Shown one piece after another: positions 54,571 to 62,743 of a stretch of DNA of 64,000 bases. The notes under the pieces were generated by a model, which ran no database searches, was not told where the DNA came from, and saw only the letters and a program-made list of their open reading frames with translations. A program made the position numbers and the translations under genes. How positions within the stretch are numbered: position 1 is the first letter of the stretch; the number at the start of each line of letters is the position of its first letter. Source of the stretch: a virus (Duplodnaviria > Heunggongvirae > Uroviricota > Caudoviricetes); the IMG/VR virus record IMGVR_UViG_3300042314_001251, positions 31,580 through 95,579 of that record; one strand, 5' to 3'.

Positions 54571-54641
54571 TGCGGCAAGGTGTAATTGGTTGCATGGGAG
54601 TCTCATAAACTTCAGGGGTGGTTCGAGTCCACAGCACGCTA
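54571..54641 (+). tRNA. irregular CAT-anticodon tRNA-like element (possible tRNA-Ile2/Met pseudogene)
   Basis: D-arm GTGT-AATTGGTT-GCAT, anticodon arm GGAGT-CTCATAA-ACTTC, T-arm GGTGG-TTCGAGT-CCACA, but the 3' strand GCACGCT has no complementary 5' acceptor strand. Confidence 0.3.
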
Positions 54642-54646
54642 CTAAT

Positions 54647-54721
54647 GGGGATATAGTTTAATTGGCTAAAACATCTGATTTGCATTCAGAAGATGTCTCG
54701 GTTCGATTCCGAGTATCTCCA
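54647..54721 (+). tRNA. tRNA-Ala (anticodon TGC)
   Basis: Acceptor GGGGATA/TATCTCC with the G3-U70 Ala identity pair, anticodon arm TCTGA-TTTGCAT-TCAGA, T-arm CTCGG-TTCGATT-CCGAG. Confidence 0.8.
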
Positions 54722-54918
54722 CAATAAAATAACAAAAGAAAAAGAAAGAAATTAATGAAGATAGTGTTAACAGGTAAATTAGAATCACATAGAGAAATTT
54801 TTAGAGGAGAAAGAGAAAAAAATAAATTGATTAAAAGAATAAAAAAATTTATTTTTAAAAGAAAAAACGCTTAATAGAACAAAGTACAAGTTCAGGGTGG
54901 GGTGCGGTTCCCACAAAT

Positions 54919-54992
54919 GCGGGTGTAGCTCAATTGACTAGAGTACTAGCCTTCCAAGCTGGGAGTTGCGGGTTTGAATCCCGCCACCCGCT
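54919..54992 (+). tRNA. tRNA-Gly (anticodon TCC)
   Basis: Acceptor GCGGGTG/CACCCGC, D-arm GCTC-AATTGACTA-GAGT, anticodon arm CTAGC-CTTCCAA-GCTGG, T-arm GCGGG-TTTGAAT-CCCGC; CCA follows. Confidence 0.8.
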
Positions 54993-54996
54993 CCAT

Positions 54997-55079
54997 ACGT
55001 CAGTGGCGGAATTGGTAGACGCGTTGGTTTTAGGAACCAATATCGTTAAGATGTGGGGGTTCGACTCCCCCCTGACGTA
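54997..55079 (+). tRNA. tRNA-Leu (anticodon TAG; class II)
   Basis: Acceptor ACGTCAG/CTGACGT, D region GCGGAATTGGTAGACGC, anticodon arm TTGGT-TTTAGGA-ACCAA, long variable arm, T-arm GGGGG-TTCGACT-CCCCC. Confidence 0.8.
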
Positions 55080-55109
55080 CTTTTATTTTGCCAATTAAAC
55101 AATAACCCT

Positions 55110-55117
55110 TATATTTG
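55110..55117 (+). promoter_or_regulatory. -7 box TAtaTTTG, 5 nt upstream of ATG 55123
   Basis: Exact TAnnTTTG. Confidence 0.5.
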
Positions 55118-55122
55118 TAATT

Positions 55123-55818
55123 ATGAAAAAATTAACCTTTATTAGTGACACACACACCAAACACGAGAAACTTAACGGTTTTCTTCCTGGTGGTGATATG
55201 TTAATCTGTGCTGGTGATATCACTAGTAGAGGTTATAAAACTGAAATTGAAAATTTTCTTAAGTGGTTTGATAAAATTGATAACTATGACCACAAAATTT
55301 TCATAGCAGGTAATCACGACTTTGGTTTCCAAGACCAACCTAATGAAACTAAAGGTTTGTTAACTGGTTATAAAACAGTTGAATATTTACAAGACGAACT
55401 TTTATTGGTTGGTGATGAGGATTATGACGATATGGTTAAAGTTTGGGGTACTCCTTGGCAACCTGAATTTCATAATTGGGCATTTAACTTACCAAGAGGA
55501 CAAGCTTTAAAAGAGAAGTGGGATATGATAACAGTTGGTACTGACATTCTTATCACTCACGGACCACCATTTGGCAAATTGGATTACGTAAAATACCCAA
55601 ATCAAAATGTTGGTTGTGAAGAACTAATGAAACGAGTTGAAGTAATCAAACCAAAAATTCACGTATTTGGACACATCCACGAAGGTTATGGTTATGTGTT
55701 TGATGGAAATACTCACTACATTAACGCAGCTGTGTTAAATGGACGATATGAGTTCCGCAATAAACCTGTGAATGTTTTATGGGATAAAAACACAAATCAT
55801 TTGGAATTTGTTGATTAA
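55123..55818 (+). CDS. calcineurin-like metallophosphoesterase
   Basis: FISDTH, GDITSRG, GNHDF, HGPP, GHIHEG motif series. Confidence 0.65.
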   Translation: MKKLTFISDTHTKHEKLNGFLPGGDMLICAGDITSRGYKTEIENFLKWFDKIDNYDHKIFIAGNHDFGFQDQPNETKGLLTGYKTVEYLQDELLLVGDEDYDDMVKVWGTPWQPEFHNWAFNLPRGQALKEKWDMITVGTDILITHGPPFGKLDYVKYPNQNVGCEELMKRVEVIKPKIHVFGHIHEGYGYVFDGNTHYINAAVLNGRYEFRNKPVNVLWDKNTNHLEFVD

Positions 55819-55823
55819 TAGGT

Positions 55824-55831
55824 TATCTTTG
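55824..55831 (+). promoter_or_regulatory. -7 box TAtcTTTG, 5 nt upstream of ATG 55836
   Basis: Exact TAnnTTTG. Confidence 0.5.
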
Positions 55832-55835
55832 TGGT

Positions 55836-56297
55836 ATGAATAAAGTAAAAATATATTTGGATGACATAAGAACTCCTAATGACAAAGATTGGTTGGTTGT
55901 TAGGAGTTTTTATGAATTTGTAGACTTAATAAATAAAGTTGGTTTGAATAACATCGAATTAATTTCATTAGACCATGACTTGGGTGATACTGCTATGAAT
56001 GAGTATTATAACAATGTTTCACCTAACTACAAATTAGATTATGAGAACATAGAAGAAAAAACTGGTTACGACGCGGTTAAATGGTTAGTTAATTTGTTTT
56101 ATTCTTTGAATGAACATAGAATCAACATGAGTAGGTCTGAGAAAAAAAGGGATAAAAATTTTTATTTCCCTAAAGTTGTGGTTCATTCAGCTAACCCAAT
56201 AGGTTCAGCTAATATCATGGGTTATATCAATAACTTTTTAATGAATGAAGGTAAATCACAAGATTGTATAAGAGTTAAAATTGAGTATTATGTATGA
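55836..56297 (+). CDS. hypothetical protein
   Basis: 153-aa ORF. Confidence 0.5.
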   Translation: MNKVKIYLDDIRTPNDKDWLVVRSFYEFVDLINKVGLNNIELISLDHDLGDTAMNEYYNNVSPNYKLDYENIEEKTGYDAVKWLVNLFYSLNEHRINMSRSEKKRDKNFYFPKVVVHSANPIGSANIMGYINNFLMNEGKSQDCIRVKIEYYV

Positions 56298-56417
56298 TAC
56301 TGAGGGACCAGAATTAACAAAACAACAAAAAAAAGATATTAAAAAAGTTGTTGACCGTTATCTTAGAATTAGATTCAAGAGAAGGGTTAGATTATTAATA
56401 GGATTAAAATTAAAATA

Positions 56418-56807
56418 ATGAAAGTTTCATTTGATTTTGATGGTACGCTTTCTCTTAAGAGTGTCCAAGAATACGCCAAAGATTTGGTGAGTAGGGGTTT
56501 AGATGTCCACATTGTTACTAGTAGACATAGTGATAAAGCAGCCAAAGAAGCTGGTTGGTGGTGGATATTGGACCAAAATAAAAATCTATTTAATGTTGCT
56601 CAAGAATGTGGTATTGATGAAAAAAATATTACCTTCACAAACGGAAGGGACAAGATAGAATATTTGAAAGGTAAAGACTTCAAATTTCATTTGGACGATG
56701 ACGAAATTGAATTAATGTTAATTTTTGAATCTGATGAAAAGTGTATGCCTTTGAACGTTGGTCATAGTGATTGGCGTGATAATTGTGAAACAGAAATTAA
56801 AAGTTAA
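56418..56807 (+). CDS. HAD-superfamily phosphatase-like protein
   Basis: Motif I VSFDFDGTLS (DxDGT), motif II HIVTSR. Confidence 0.45.
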   Translation: MKVSFDFDGTLSLKSVQEYAKDLVSRGLDVHIVTSRHSDKAAKEAGWWWILDQNKNLFNVAQECGIDEKNITFTNGRDKIEYLKGKDFKFHLDDDEIELMLIFESDEKCMPLNVGHSDWRDNCETEIKS

Positions 56808-56808
56808 T

Positions 56809-57384
56809 ATGAAAGTAATTTTTCTTGATAATGATGGTGTAATCTGTTTGGCAGATAATTGGGGTAGTAGAATGAAAAAATTTAAAAAATATCATTCTAA
56901 AAATCCTGATGTTAAATTTGATGATAGACCAATTGATTGTAGATTAGATAACTTTGATGTGAAAGCAATTAAAGTTTTAAATACCATCCTTGAACAAACA
57001 GGAGCTGAGATTGTGGTATCTTCTGATTGGAGATACCAAGCTTCTCTTGAGGAACTTGGGGACTACTATCAAAGTCAAGGAATTATCAAAAGACCTATTG
57101 GGGTTACTGACATGTTTAAAGATATCTACCCAAGAGAATGGCAAAGATTGAGAAACTACGCCAAACTTGAGTATGAGAGACAAGCAGAAATCAAACATTG
57201 GTTATCGCAACATCCTGAAGTAACTCATTGGGTTGCAGTTGATGATTTAGATATGTCAGAAAAGTTTGGGTCAATCTCTGGTAATCCTAATAGTGGGTTA
57301 ACTAACTTTGTCCTAACACCAAAATCAACACAGGGAATTAAACAATCAGGGATTAAAGAAAAAATCTTAAAATTTTTAATGTAA
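56809..57384 (+). CDS. HAD-like protein (second, divergent)
   Basis: ATG at 56809 (ORF track opens upstream at 56758, overlapping the previous gene); VIFLDNDGVICL resembles HAD motif I. Confidence 0.4.
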   Translation: MKVIFLDNDGVICLADNWGSRMKKFKKYHSKNPDVKFDDRPIDCRLDNFDVKAIKVLNTILEQTGAEIVVSSDWRYQASLEELGDYYQSQGIIKRPIGVTDMFKDIYPREWQRLRNYAKLEYERQAEIKHWLSQHPEVTHWVAVDDLDMSEKFGSISGNPNSGLTNFVLTPKSTQGIKQSGIKEKILKFLM

Positions 57385-57385
57385 T

Positions 57386-57673
57386 ATGGCTAGATTAAGT
57401 AGAGAAGAAAAAATGAACAAAGCTGTTGTCGACATTATTAATGAAATGTTTAAGATAGCAGGTCATGAGGTAACTTATGACGATATCAAGGACCGTAAGG
57501 ATAATTGGTACGCCCAATGGACCATGACTGAAGCTCAATACGACGAATGGAAAAAATGGGGTAAAAAATATCTCCAAAAGAACCTTCGTATGTATGCAAA
57601 ACAAGCAGAAAAAGAAATGTTATGGGTAGGTATGATGTGGGGATTAAAATTTTCTGACCTACAACTTGGTTAA
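57386..57673 (+). CDS. hypothetical protein
   Basis: 95-aa ORF. Confidence 0.45.
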   Translation: MARLSREEKMNKAVVDIINEMFKIAGHEVTYDDIKDRKDNWYAQWTMTEAQYDEWKKWGKKYLQKNLRMYAKQAEKEMLWVGMMWGLKFSDLQLG

Positions 57674-57726
57674 TTAGTGTTTTTATTTCTTTTATAGGAT
57701 ATTTATAATTAACAAATTAATTAGTT

Positions 57727-58347
57727 ATGAGTAGAAATATTAATAGAAGTACTTCAGCTATTGTTGATGAAATTCTTAGAAAGAGTAGAATTCGTGAACA
57801 AGAAGAGGAAGAAGAAAACAAAGATACTGAAGAAAAGAAAACTGAAACAAAAGGTGAACCTGAACTTTATAAATTAAGTAGTAAGGTTATAGAAATTCTT
57901 AATAATAGAATTAAAGATGAGTATACAGCTCATTACTATTATAGAGCGGCTACTAACTGGTGTCAGGATATGAATTATAAGAAAGCTGCTGAGTTCTTTA
58001 AAAATGAGGCTGACGATGAGTTAGAACACGCTCAAAAACTACAAGAGTATATGACAGGTTTTAATATTTTACCTGAAATAGAAAAAACAGAAACAAAACA
58101 CACTTTTGGTAATTTACTTGATGTTGTTTATGGAGCTTACACTATGGAGTTGGCTTTAATGAAAGATTATAATAAAGATTCTCAGGATGTTTTTTCTGAT
58201 GATATCACAACATTTGATTTTTTAACTGAATTTAGAGAAATCCAAAAAGGAGCTGTAATTGAATACAATGATTTGATTAACGCATCCAATTTGATTGATA
58301 AAGGGGATAAATTCCAAATACTTTATTTTGAACAAACTTATTTTTAA
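57727..58347 (+). CDS. ferritin-like (four-helix-bundle di-iron-type) protein, tentative
   Basis: EYTAHYYYRAA..(x)n..EADDELEHAQKLQEYM: paired E...ExxH-like helices. Confidence 0.35.
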   Translation: MSRNINRSTSAIVDEILRKSRIREQEEEEENKDTEEKKTETKGEPELYKLSSKVIEILNNRIKDEYTAHYYYRAATNWCQDMNYKKAAEFFKNEADDELEHAQKLQEYMTGFNILPEIEKTETKHTFGNLLDVVYGAYTMELALMKDYNKDSQDVFSDDITTFDFLTEFREIQKGAVIEYNDLINASNLIDKGDKFQILYFEQTYF

Positions 58348-58370
58348 GTAATTGTATCATCGAATAAGGA

Positions 58371-58398
58371 CCCCTTTCAGAAATGTTAGGGGTTTTTT
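58371..58398 (+). terminator. intrinsic terminator (CCCCT-loop-AGGGG + T6)
   Basis: 5-bp GC stem, 12-nt loop, TTTTTTG. Confidence 0.55.
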
Positions 58399-58430
58399 GT
58401 TTTTATATTGTTTAATTAAAAAAATAACTA

Positions 58431-58438
58431 TATATTTG
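58431..58438 (+). promoter_or_regulatory. -7 box TAtaTTTG, 4 nt upstream of ATG 58443
   Basis: Exact TAnnTTTG. Confidence 0.5.
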
Positions 58439-58442
58439 TGTT

Positions 58443-58634
58443 ATGGAATATTTTAAATTGTTTTTAATGTGGTTAGCATTTATTGTTATCACAACTTATT
58501 ACGGGGATTACCTTGTAAGTAGAGAAGTAAACGGGTTCATCCAACTTTTAGGTTTCGTTGGAATGGTTGCACTCGTAGGATTAGTAGGAAACGAAACCAT
58601 CAAAGTTTTAAATAATAAAAAAGAAGAAAAATGA
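58443..58634 (+). CDS. small two-TM membrane protein
   Basis: FKLFLMWLAFIVITTYY and LLGFVGMVALVGLVG. Confidence 0.4.
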   Translation: MEYFKLFLMWLAFIVITTYYGDYLVSREVNGFIQLLGFVGMVALVGLVGNETIKVLNNKKEEK

Positions 58635-59581
58635 TTAGTACAGTAATTTTTGTAGTATGTTTAATTGCGGTTATCCTTACCGTTCTAAAAACAAGAGGTA
58701 GTATGTTTACGGTAACCCAAAACCATTACGGTCATGATAGTAAACGATTCAACCCATCTTGGCTCATTAAACCGATTGGTATTTTTGTTGTAGGTATCGT
58801 TATTTCAATGACCCAACCGTTTGCGATTGAAAAAGTTGACGCAGGTCACAAAGGATTAAAGATTAATTTGGTCGGAGACCAACGAGGTGTATCAAGTTAT
58901 CAGTATAAAACTGGTTGGGTACTTTATAACACTTGGACAGAACAAGTATTGGAGTTTCCAACATACCAACAACACATTGAGTATGAAGACCAAGGTGTAA
59001 TCCTTAAAGGTGGATTCTCAGCAACCATTAAACCAACATTTAACTATTCTCTACGTGAGGATGCTATTGGTGATATGTTTGTTAATTTAAGATTATCTAT
59101 TAGTGAAATTGAAAAGGGTTGGTTGAAAAACGCTATTATTGGGGCAGTAAATGACGTAGCTAACACATGGGAGGTAGATAGTATTTTTAATCACCGACAA
59201 GCATTTGAATCAGCAATTGTTGCAGAATGTAATGTTAGGTTATCTAAATGGTTTAACGTATCTCAGTTGAGAACTAATATCACACCACCTGAGGCATTAC
59301 AAGAGTCAATTATCGCTAAAACAAAGGCTATCCAACAAGCTGAAGCCTCTGAACAACAAGCTATCGCAGCAATCTCTGAAGGAAGACGTAAAGTAGCCGT
59401 AGCAAGAGCGGATTCTGCTGAAACTATAATCAACGCAAATGCGTCAGCACTTTCAATTAAGATTAAACAAACTCAATTAACACCTATGTATATTGAGTAC
59501 TTAAAGGCGTCTGCTTGGGATGGAAAATTACCAACAACGGTAGCAGGTGGTTCAGGATTGTTTTTAAACCTAAACAAATAA
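58631..59581 (+). CDS. membrane-anchored protein, possibly SPFH/band-7-like
   Basis: N-terminal TM; Ala/Glu-rich C-terminal stretch (QQAEASEQQAIAAISEGRRKVAVARADSAE) reminiscent of the SPFH C-terminal coiled coil; weak. Confidence 0.35.
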   Translation: MISTVIFVVCLIAVILTVLKTRGSMFTVTQNHYGHDSKRFNPSWLIKPIGIFVVGIVISMTQPFAIEKVDAGHKGLKINLVGDQRGVSSYQYKTGWVLYNTWTEQVLEFPTYQQHIEYEDQGVILKGGFSATIKPTFNYSLREDAIGDMFVNLRLSISEIEKGWLKNAIIGAVNDVANTWEVDSIFNHRQAFESAIVAECNVRLSKWFNVSQLRTNITPPEALQESIIAKTKAIQQAEASEQQAIAAISEGRRKVAVARADSAETIINANASALSIKIKQTQLTPMYIEYLKASAWDGKLPTTVAGGSGLFLNLNK

Positions 59582-59850
59582 TGAAGAATGGATTTATTGG
59601 GATGGTGACAGTACTTGTTACCATCCTATTTCTAACAGGATGTGGTTGTAGTGACGAAGAATATTACAAACAAAAGTTTAAATTCAAAAACGGTGATTTT
59701 GTAACACATAAGGTTAGTGGTAGTAAAATTTTAATTATTGATACACTAAGATTTAATAATGATTGTGGGTGTGAAGTTGAGTTAGAATATCTTGGAGTAA
59801 ACTCAAAAGAACTTAATGAACGTTATAAAGAAATTGAATTAACTAAATAA
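59581..59850 (+). CDS. small lipoprotein
   Basis: ATG at 59581 gives MKNGFIGMVTVLVTILFLTGC (lipobox LTGC); ORF track opens earlier at 59515, overlapping the upstream gene. Confidence 0.45.
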   Translation: MKNGFIGMVTVLVTILFLTGCGCSDEEYYKQKFKFKNGDFVTHKVSGSKILIIDTLRFNNDCGCEVELEYLGVNSKELNERYKEIELTK

Positions 59851-59856
59851 ATTTAT

Positions 59857-59864
59857 TATATTTG
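59857..59864 (+). promoter_or_regulatory. -7 box TAtaTTTG, 4 nt upstream of ATG 59869
   Basis: Exact TAnnTTTG. Confidence 0.5.
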
Positions 59865-59868
59865 TGTT

Positions 59869-60108
59869 ATGGAAAAAAGAAGCACACATTACGGAGACGT
59901 ATCAAAATGGATTGAAAAGGTAATTGATTCTTGCGAGACATACCAACAGACATTTACTGTTAAAAAATTGATTAGTAATTTTGCAAAACAATTAAGAAAT
60001 AGTGCCCCTGATAAATATTGGAACAGTTATCAATACACAGTTATTTGGCCACTTGAACATAAATTAAAATATAAAAGACAATCATTCATAGATAAGATTG
60101 GGGAATAA
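59869..60108 (+). CDS. hypothetical small protein
   Basis: 79-aa ORF. Confidence 0.45.
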   Translation: MEKRSTHYGDVSKWIEKVIDSCETYQQTFTVKKLISNFAKQLRNSAPDKYWNSYQYTVIWPLEHKLKYKRQSFIDKIGE

Positions 60109-60583
60109 TGGGGAATAATGAAATTGAACTAGAAAAAAATTATCTACCCGAATTTATTGACCAATTTGGTGATGGTCCTCTCGGTGAATTAGACCCTGAA
60201 GAATGGGGAGCATTAGAGTTTCTCAGATGGTTAGAAATTAATAATTATAAAATTATAAAAAAATAATAAATTTATGGAAAATATGAAAAGAGTTGATTGG
60301 TTTTTGTTAATAATATTTGTAGCAAACTTATGTGCTAGCATTCCATTAGGGTCTTTACCAAACATTCTTGGTTGGTCTTGTGCGGCAATGGTACAATTAA
60401 GAATTTGTTTAACCAAATAATATAAAAGGTAATAATTGTTAATTACAAAATTTGACTTTTTAAGAAATACAACTATATTTATAATATAAAATGAAAAATA
60501 CGAACATCATATCATTATTAGAAAGATTAGAGAGATTTAGTCTAATGGAGATGGTATGATTATTTTTTAAATAATATTTTAAA

Positions 60584-60616
60584 ACCCGTCTCTTAAAACA
60601 GATGGGTTTTTTTTTT
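60584..60616 (+). terminator. intrinsic terminator (ACCCGTCT-loop-AGATGGGT + T10)
   Basis: 7-bp stem including one G-U, 8-nt loop, ten T's. Confidence 0.6.
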
Positions 60617-60638
60617 GAAAAAGATTTGGTAGATTAAA

Positions 60639-60646
60639 AAAGATTA
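60639..60646 (+). promoter_or_regulatory. -7 box TAcaTTTG at the head of the long non-coding leader preceding the third tRNA cluster
   Basis: Exact TAnnTTTG; no ORF downstream for ~450 nt. Confidence 0.4.
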
Positions 60647-60649
60647 CTT

Positions 60650-61101
60650 ACATTTGTAAGACAAACAACGGGGGTAGGAAGTTAGAGATGAGTGTCCTAC
60701 TCCCGTGACAAAAAGAAAAAGTTCTTTGACATATTAAAACGGGGACAAGGTAACCACAAACCCACTGGTAATAGGCAGTTCTTGAGATGGAATGCAAGAC
60801 AGAACGTAACCCCTACCTTGTTCTTTTTTAAAATATATTGTGGTGGTAAGAAAAGGTGAACTCGTTAAGTTCATAGGCCTGTTGACAAAAGATGGTGAAA
60901 CGAGTGTGGTTGTCGACTACTGCATCACATATATAATACATTGTGTTGTTCCCTTGAGAAAGGAATCAAGAATAAGAGTGGACAGACTTTAAGCACTACA
61001 ACACAGAGGACTCAACCTCAAAGAACCTGTACCCTTGAAAAACTCGTTTAAGTAAAGCAGGTTTGCTCCGAAATAAAAGGGTATGAGAATAAGGAGTATT
61101 T
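60650..61101 (+). ncRNA. ~450-nt structured non-coding leader / candidate ncRNA upstream of tRNA-Leu(TAA); contains a 12-bp hairpin and a decayed copy of the tRNA-Ile 3' flank
   Basis: No ORF; hairpin ACGGGGGTAGGA-loop15-TCCTACTCCCGT (60658..60696); multiple complementary 7-8-mers (ACTCGTT at 60852 and 61031 vs AACGAGT at 60890; GGGG/ACAAGG at 60731-40 vs CCCC/CCTTGT at 60800-11). Confidence 0.35.
60697..60725 (+). repeat. copy of the 30-nt segment found 3' of tRNA-Ile at 43861..43890 (GACAAAAAGAAAAAGTTCTTTGACATATT)
   Basis: 26/29 identity by eye; upstream hairpin 3' strand CCTACTCCCGTG resembles the tRNA-Ile 3' end CCCTCCCACATCG. Confidence 0.5.
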
Positions 61102-61184
61102 GCTCGGGTGGTGAAATAGGTATACACGTTTGACTTAAAATCAAATTCCCATTGGGAGTGAGGGTTCAAGTCCCTCTCCGAGTA
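61102..61184 (+). tRNA. tRNA-Leu (anticodon TAA; class II)
   Basis: Acceptor GCTCGGG/TCCGAGT (G-U at both ends), anticodon arm TTTGA-CTTAAAA-TCAAA, variable arm CCCATTGGGAG, T-arm GAGGG-TTCAAGT-CCCTC. Confidence 0.75.
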
Positions 61185-61245
61185 CTGTGAAATGAACAAC
61201 GTCACCACAAGAGTTGTACCTTTATGGTTTTATAATGTGGTATTT

Positions 61246-61317
61246 GGTCCTATCGACTATCGGTTAGGTCGTCAGGTTTTCATCCTGGAAAGCGGGGTTC
61301 GATTCCCCGTAGGACTA
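61246..61317 (+). tRNA. tRNA-Glu (anticodon TTC)
   Basis: Acceptor GGTCCTA/TAGGACT, anticodon arm TCAGG-TTTTCAT-CCTGG, T-arm CGGGG-TTCGATT-CCCCG. Confidence 0.75.
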
Positions 61318-61400
61318 CAAAAGAGGTGGATACTTTGTACGTAGATAATTTAGTAATATCTTGTCGTAGTGCACCGTTGACGAAACCTCTTTTATTTTTG

Positions 61401-61473
61401 GGTCCCGTAGTGTAATGGATTAACATAAGGAGCTTCTACCTCTTTGATTCAGGTTCGAATCCTGACGGGACTA
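61401..61473 (+). tRNA. tRNA-Arg (anticodon TCT)
   Basis: Acceptor GGTCCCG/CGGGACT, D-arm GTGT-AATGGATTA-ACAT, anticodon arm AGGAG-CTTCTAC-CTCTT, T-arm TCAGG-TTCGAAT-CCTGA. Confidence 0.75.
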
Positions 61474-61540
61474 CTAAAAAAATATTAACTACTAGGTTCG
61501 ATTTTTAATAAACCTTAAATATTTATTAATAAAATATATT

Positions 61541-62146
61541 ATGAATTTTGAGGAAAAATATAATAAAGAAGAACTTGAGAAGTTAATTTTTGTTGAGAGT
61601 AAGAGTTATCGTGAAATTGGTAAAATTTATGGTGTTAGTGACGCATACATAAAAAAAGTGTGTGGCAGATTAGGGATTAAACTTAGAAAAAGAAAAAATT
61701 TTCCTGAAAATTTTATACCACACAATAAAGGTATGGGTAAAAAAGTTATATGTAAAAATTGTGGTAAAGAAACAAAAAGTTCACACGATAAACAAATATA
61801 TTGTTCATTTGATTGTAATGTGGAACATAAAAATAAAAATAAATACAAAGATTACTTAGACAATCAAGAAAAATATTGTAATACCACATCAGGTTTGCGA
61901 TGGTTAAAAAAATATTTTTTAATAGACCAAGATAATAAGTGTAATATTTGTGGAATAGATAATTTTTGGAACGGTAAACCATTAGTTTTTGTTATGGACC
62001 ATATAAACGGTGATGCTAGTAATAACAAAAGAGATAATCTAAGATTAATATGTCATAATTGTGATTCACAGTTAGACACATACAAATCTAAAAATAAGAA
62101 TTCAGCAAGGAAAGAAAGATATTTGTTAAACTACAAAAATATTTAA
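61541..62146 (+). CDS. HNH homing-endonuclease-like protein (second copy; paralog of 44255..44704)
   Basis: CNICG...MDHINGDASNNKRDNLRLICHNCDSQ; N-terminal region also similar to the first HNH (SLWRRAKKIGL vs YIKKVCGRLGI). Confidence 0.7.
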   Translation: MNFEEKYNKEELEKLIFVESKSYREIGKIYGVSDAYIKKVCGRLGIKLRKRKNFPENFIPHNKGMGKKVICKNCGKETKSSHDKQIYCSFDCNVEHKNKNKYKDYLDNQEKYCNTTSGLRWLKKYFLIDQDNKCNICGIDNFWNGKPLVFVMDHINGDASNNKRDNLRLICHNCDSQLDTYKSKNKNSARKERYLLNYKNI

Positions 62147-62363
62147 AATAAACGAGAAAGAGATACTCGTAGGGTTTTTAAGTATCCCTCAAAACTTAAC
62201 GGAGCTGGTACCACCACGTCAAGGGGTACTCGTTGGGAATCGGAAGGAAGACTCTCCTATCCCCCAAGTAAGAGTTGACTTTTAAGTGGTAAGACACGTT
62301 GGGTTTTGAAATAGAAAAACTGTGAATATCTACTCACCATTAATCTCAGGTGGGGAAACATAG

Positions 62364-62469
62364 TCAGGTGGCGGAATTGGTTAGACGCTAAATTAACGAG
62401 TGGATAGTGTGCCATTGGGGAAGGGCCAAGAAAGTTACACATACAGGTTCAAGTCCTGTCCTGACTACA
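62364..62469 (+). ncRNA. non-canonical tRNA-like RNA (106 nt): tRNA-Leu-like acceptor/D-arm and canonical T-arm, but no anticodon arm; carries an extra internal hairpin
   Basis: 5' AGTCAGG-TG-GCGGAATTGGTTAGACGC (nearly identical to the tRNA-Leu(TAG) D region) ... 3' ACAGG-TTCAAGT-CCTGT-CCTGACT-A; the 54 nt between the D-arm and T-arm contain no 5+7+5 anticodon stem-loop. Confidence 0.45.
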
Positions 62470-62484
62470 AAAAAATAAAAAATT

Positions 62485-62733
62485 ATGGAAAATAAAGAAA
62501 CATACCAAATGGTGAATTATGATGGTGATAGTTACGACAGTAAGATCCCTGTGGAATTAGTTGAGTCGTTCCTTAAAATGAAAGAACTAATGGAACAGGT
62601 GTCTAATGGGAAATATTATTGTACACCAAGTATGTATTATACAGATGAATTGGAAGGTGTTTCAGTAGGTATAGTTGAGGTTAATGGTGACGGGACACAT
62701 ATTAAAACACCATTTAGTTTAATTATCAAATAA
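62485..62733 (+). CDS. hypothetical small protein
   Basis: 82-aa ORF between the two tRNA-like elements. Confidence 0.45.
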   Translation: MENKETYQMVNYDGDSYDSKIPVELVESFLKMKELMEQVSNGKYYCTPSMYYTDELEGVSVGIVEVNGDGTHIKTPFSLIIK

Positions 62734-62743
62734 AAAATAGTCA

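Noticed and set aside
2486-57604. Many short minus-strand ORFs nested inside long plus-strand genes (e.g. 2486..2695, 6149..6418, 6925..7161, 8715..8897, 11273..11593, 11798..12067, 12688..12945, 13201..13389, 13726..14052, 14422..14643, 15208..15408, 15860..16042, 19782..20018, 20223..20585, 21593..22147, 23117..23335, 23392..23862, 24034..24873, 25049..25231, 28924..29136, 31247..31495, 33174..33455, 36096..36281, 39118..39342, 39912..40142, 48135..48329, 49164..49847, 51100..51282, 51712..51960, 52378..52771, 56977..57198, 57395..57604) and in-gene plus-strand alternates (16203..16415, 32807..33106, 36320..36601, 46951..47232)
   Set aside because: Low-complexity Phe/Leu/Ile/Asn-rich translations are typical of antisense AT-rich DNA. 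Each lies wholly inside a better-supported gene with recognisable motifs or coupling.
62364-62469. Intron-containing tRNA-Leu as explanation for the 106-nt tRNA-like element
   Set aside because: Bacterial and phage tRNA introns are group I introns, several hundred nt long. The 30-odd extra nucleotides here are far too short. Even after removing the extra hairpin no anticodon stem-loop can be formed. The second copy (81 nt) also lacks one.
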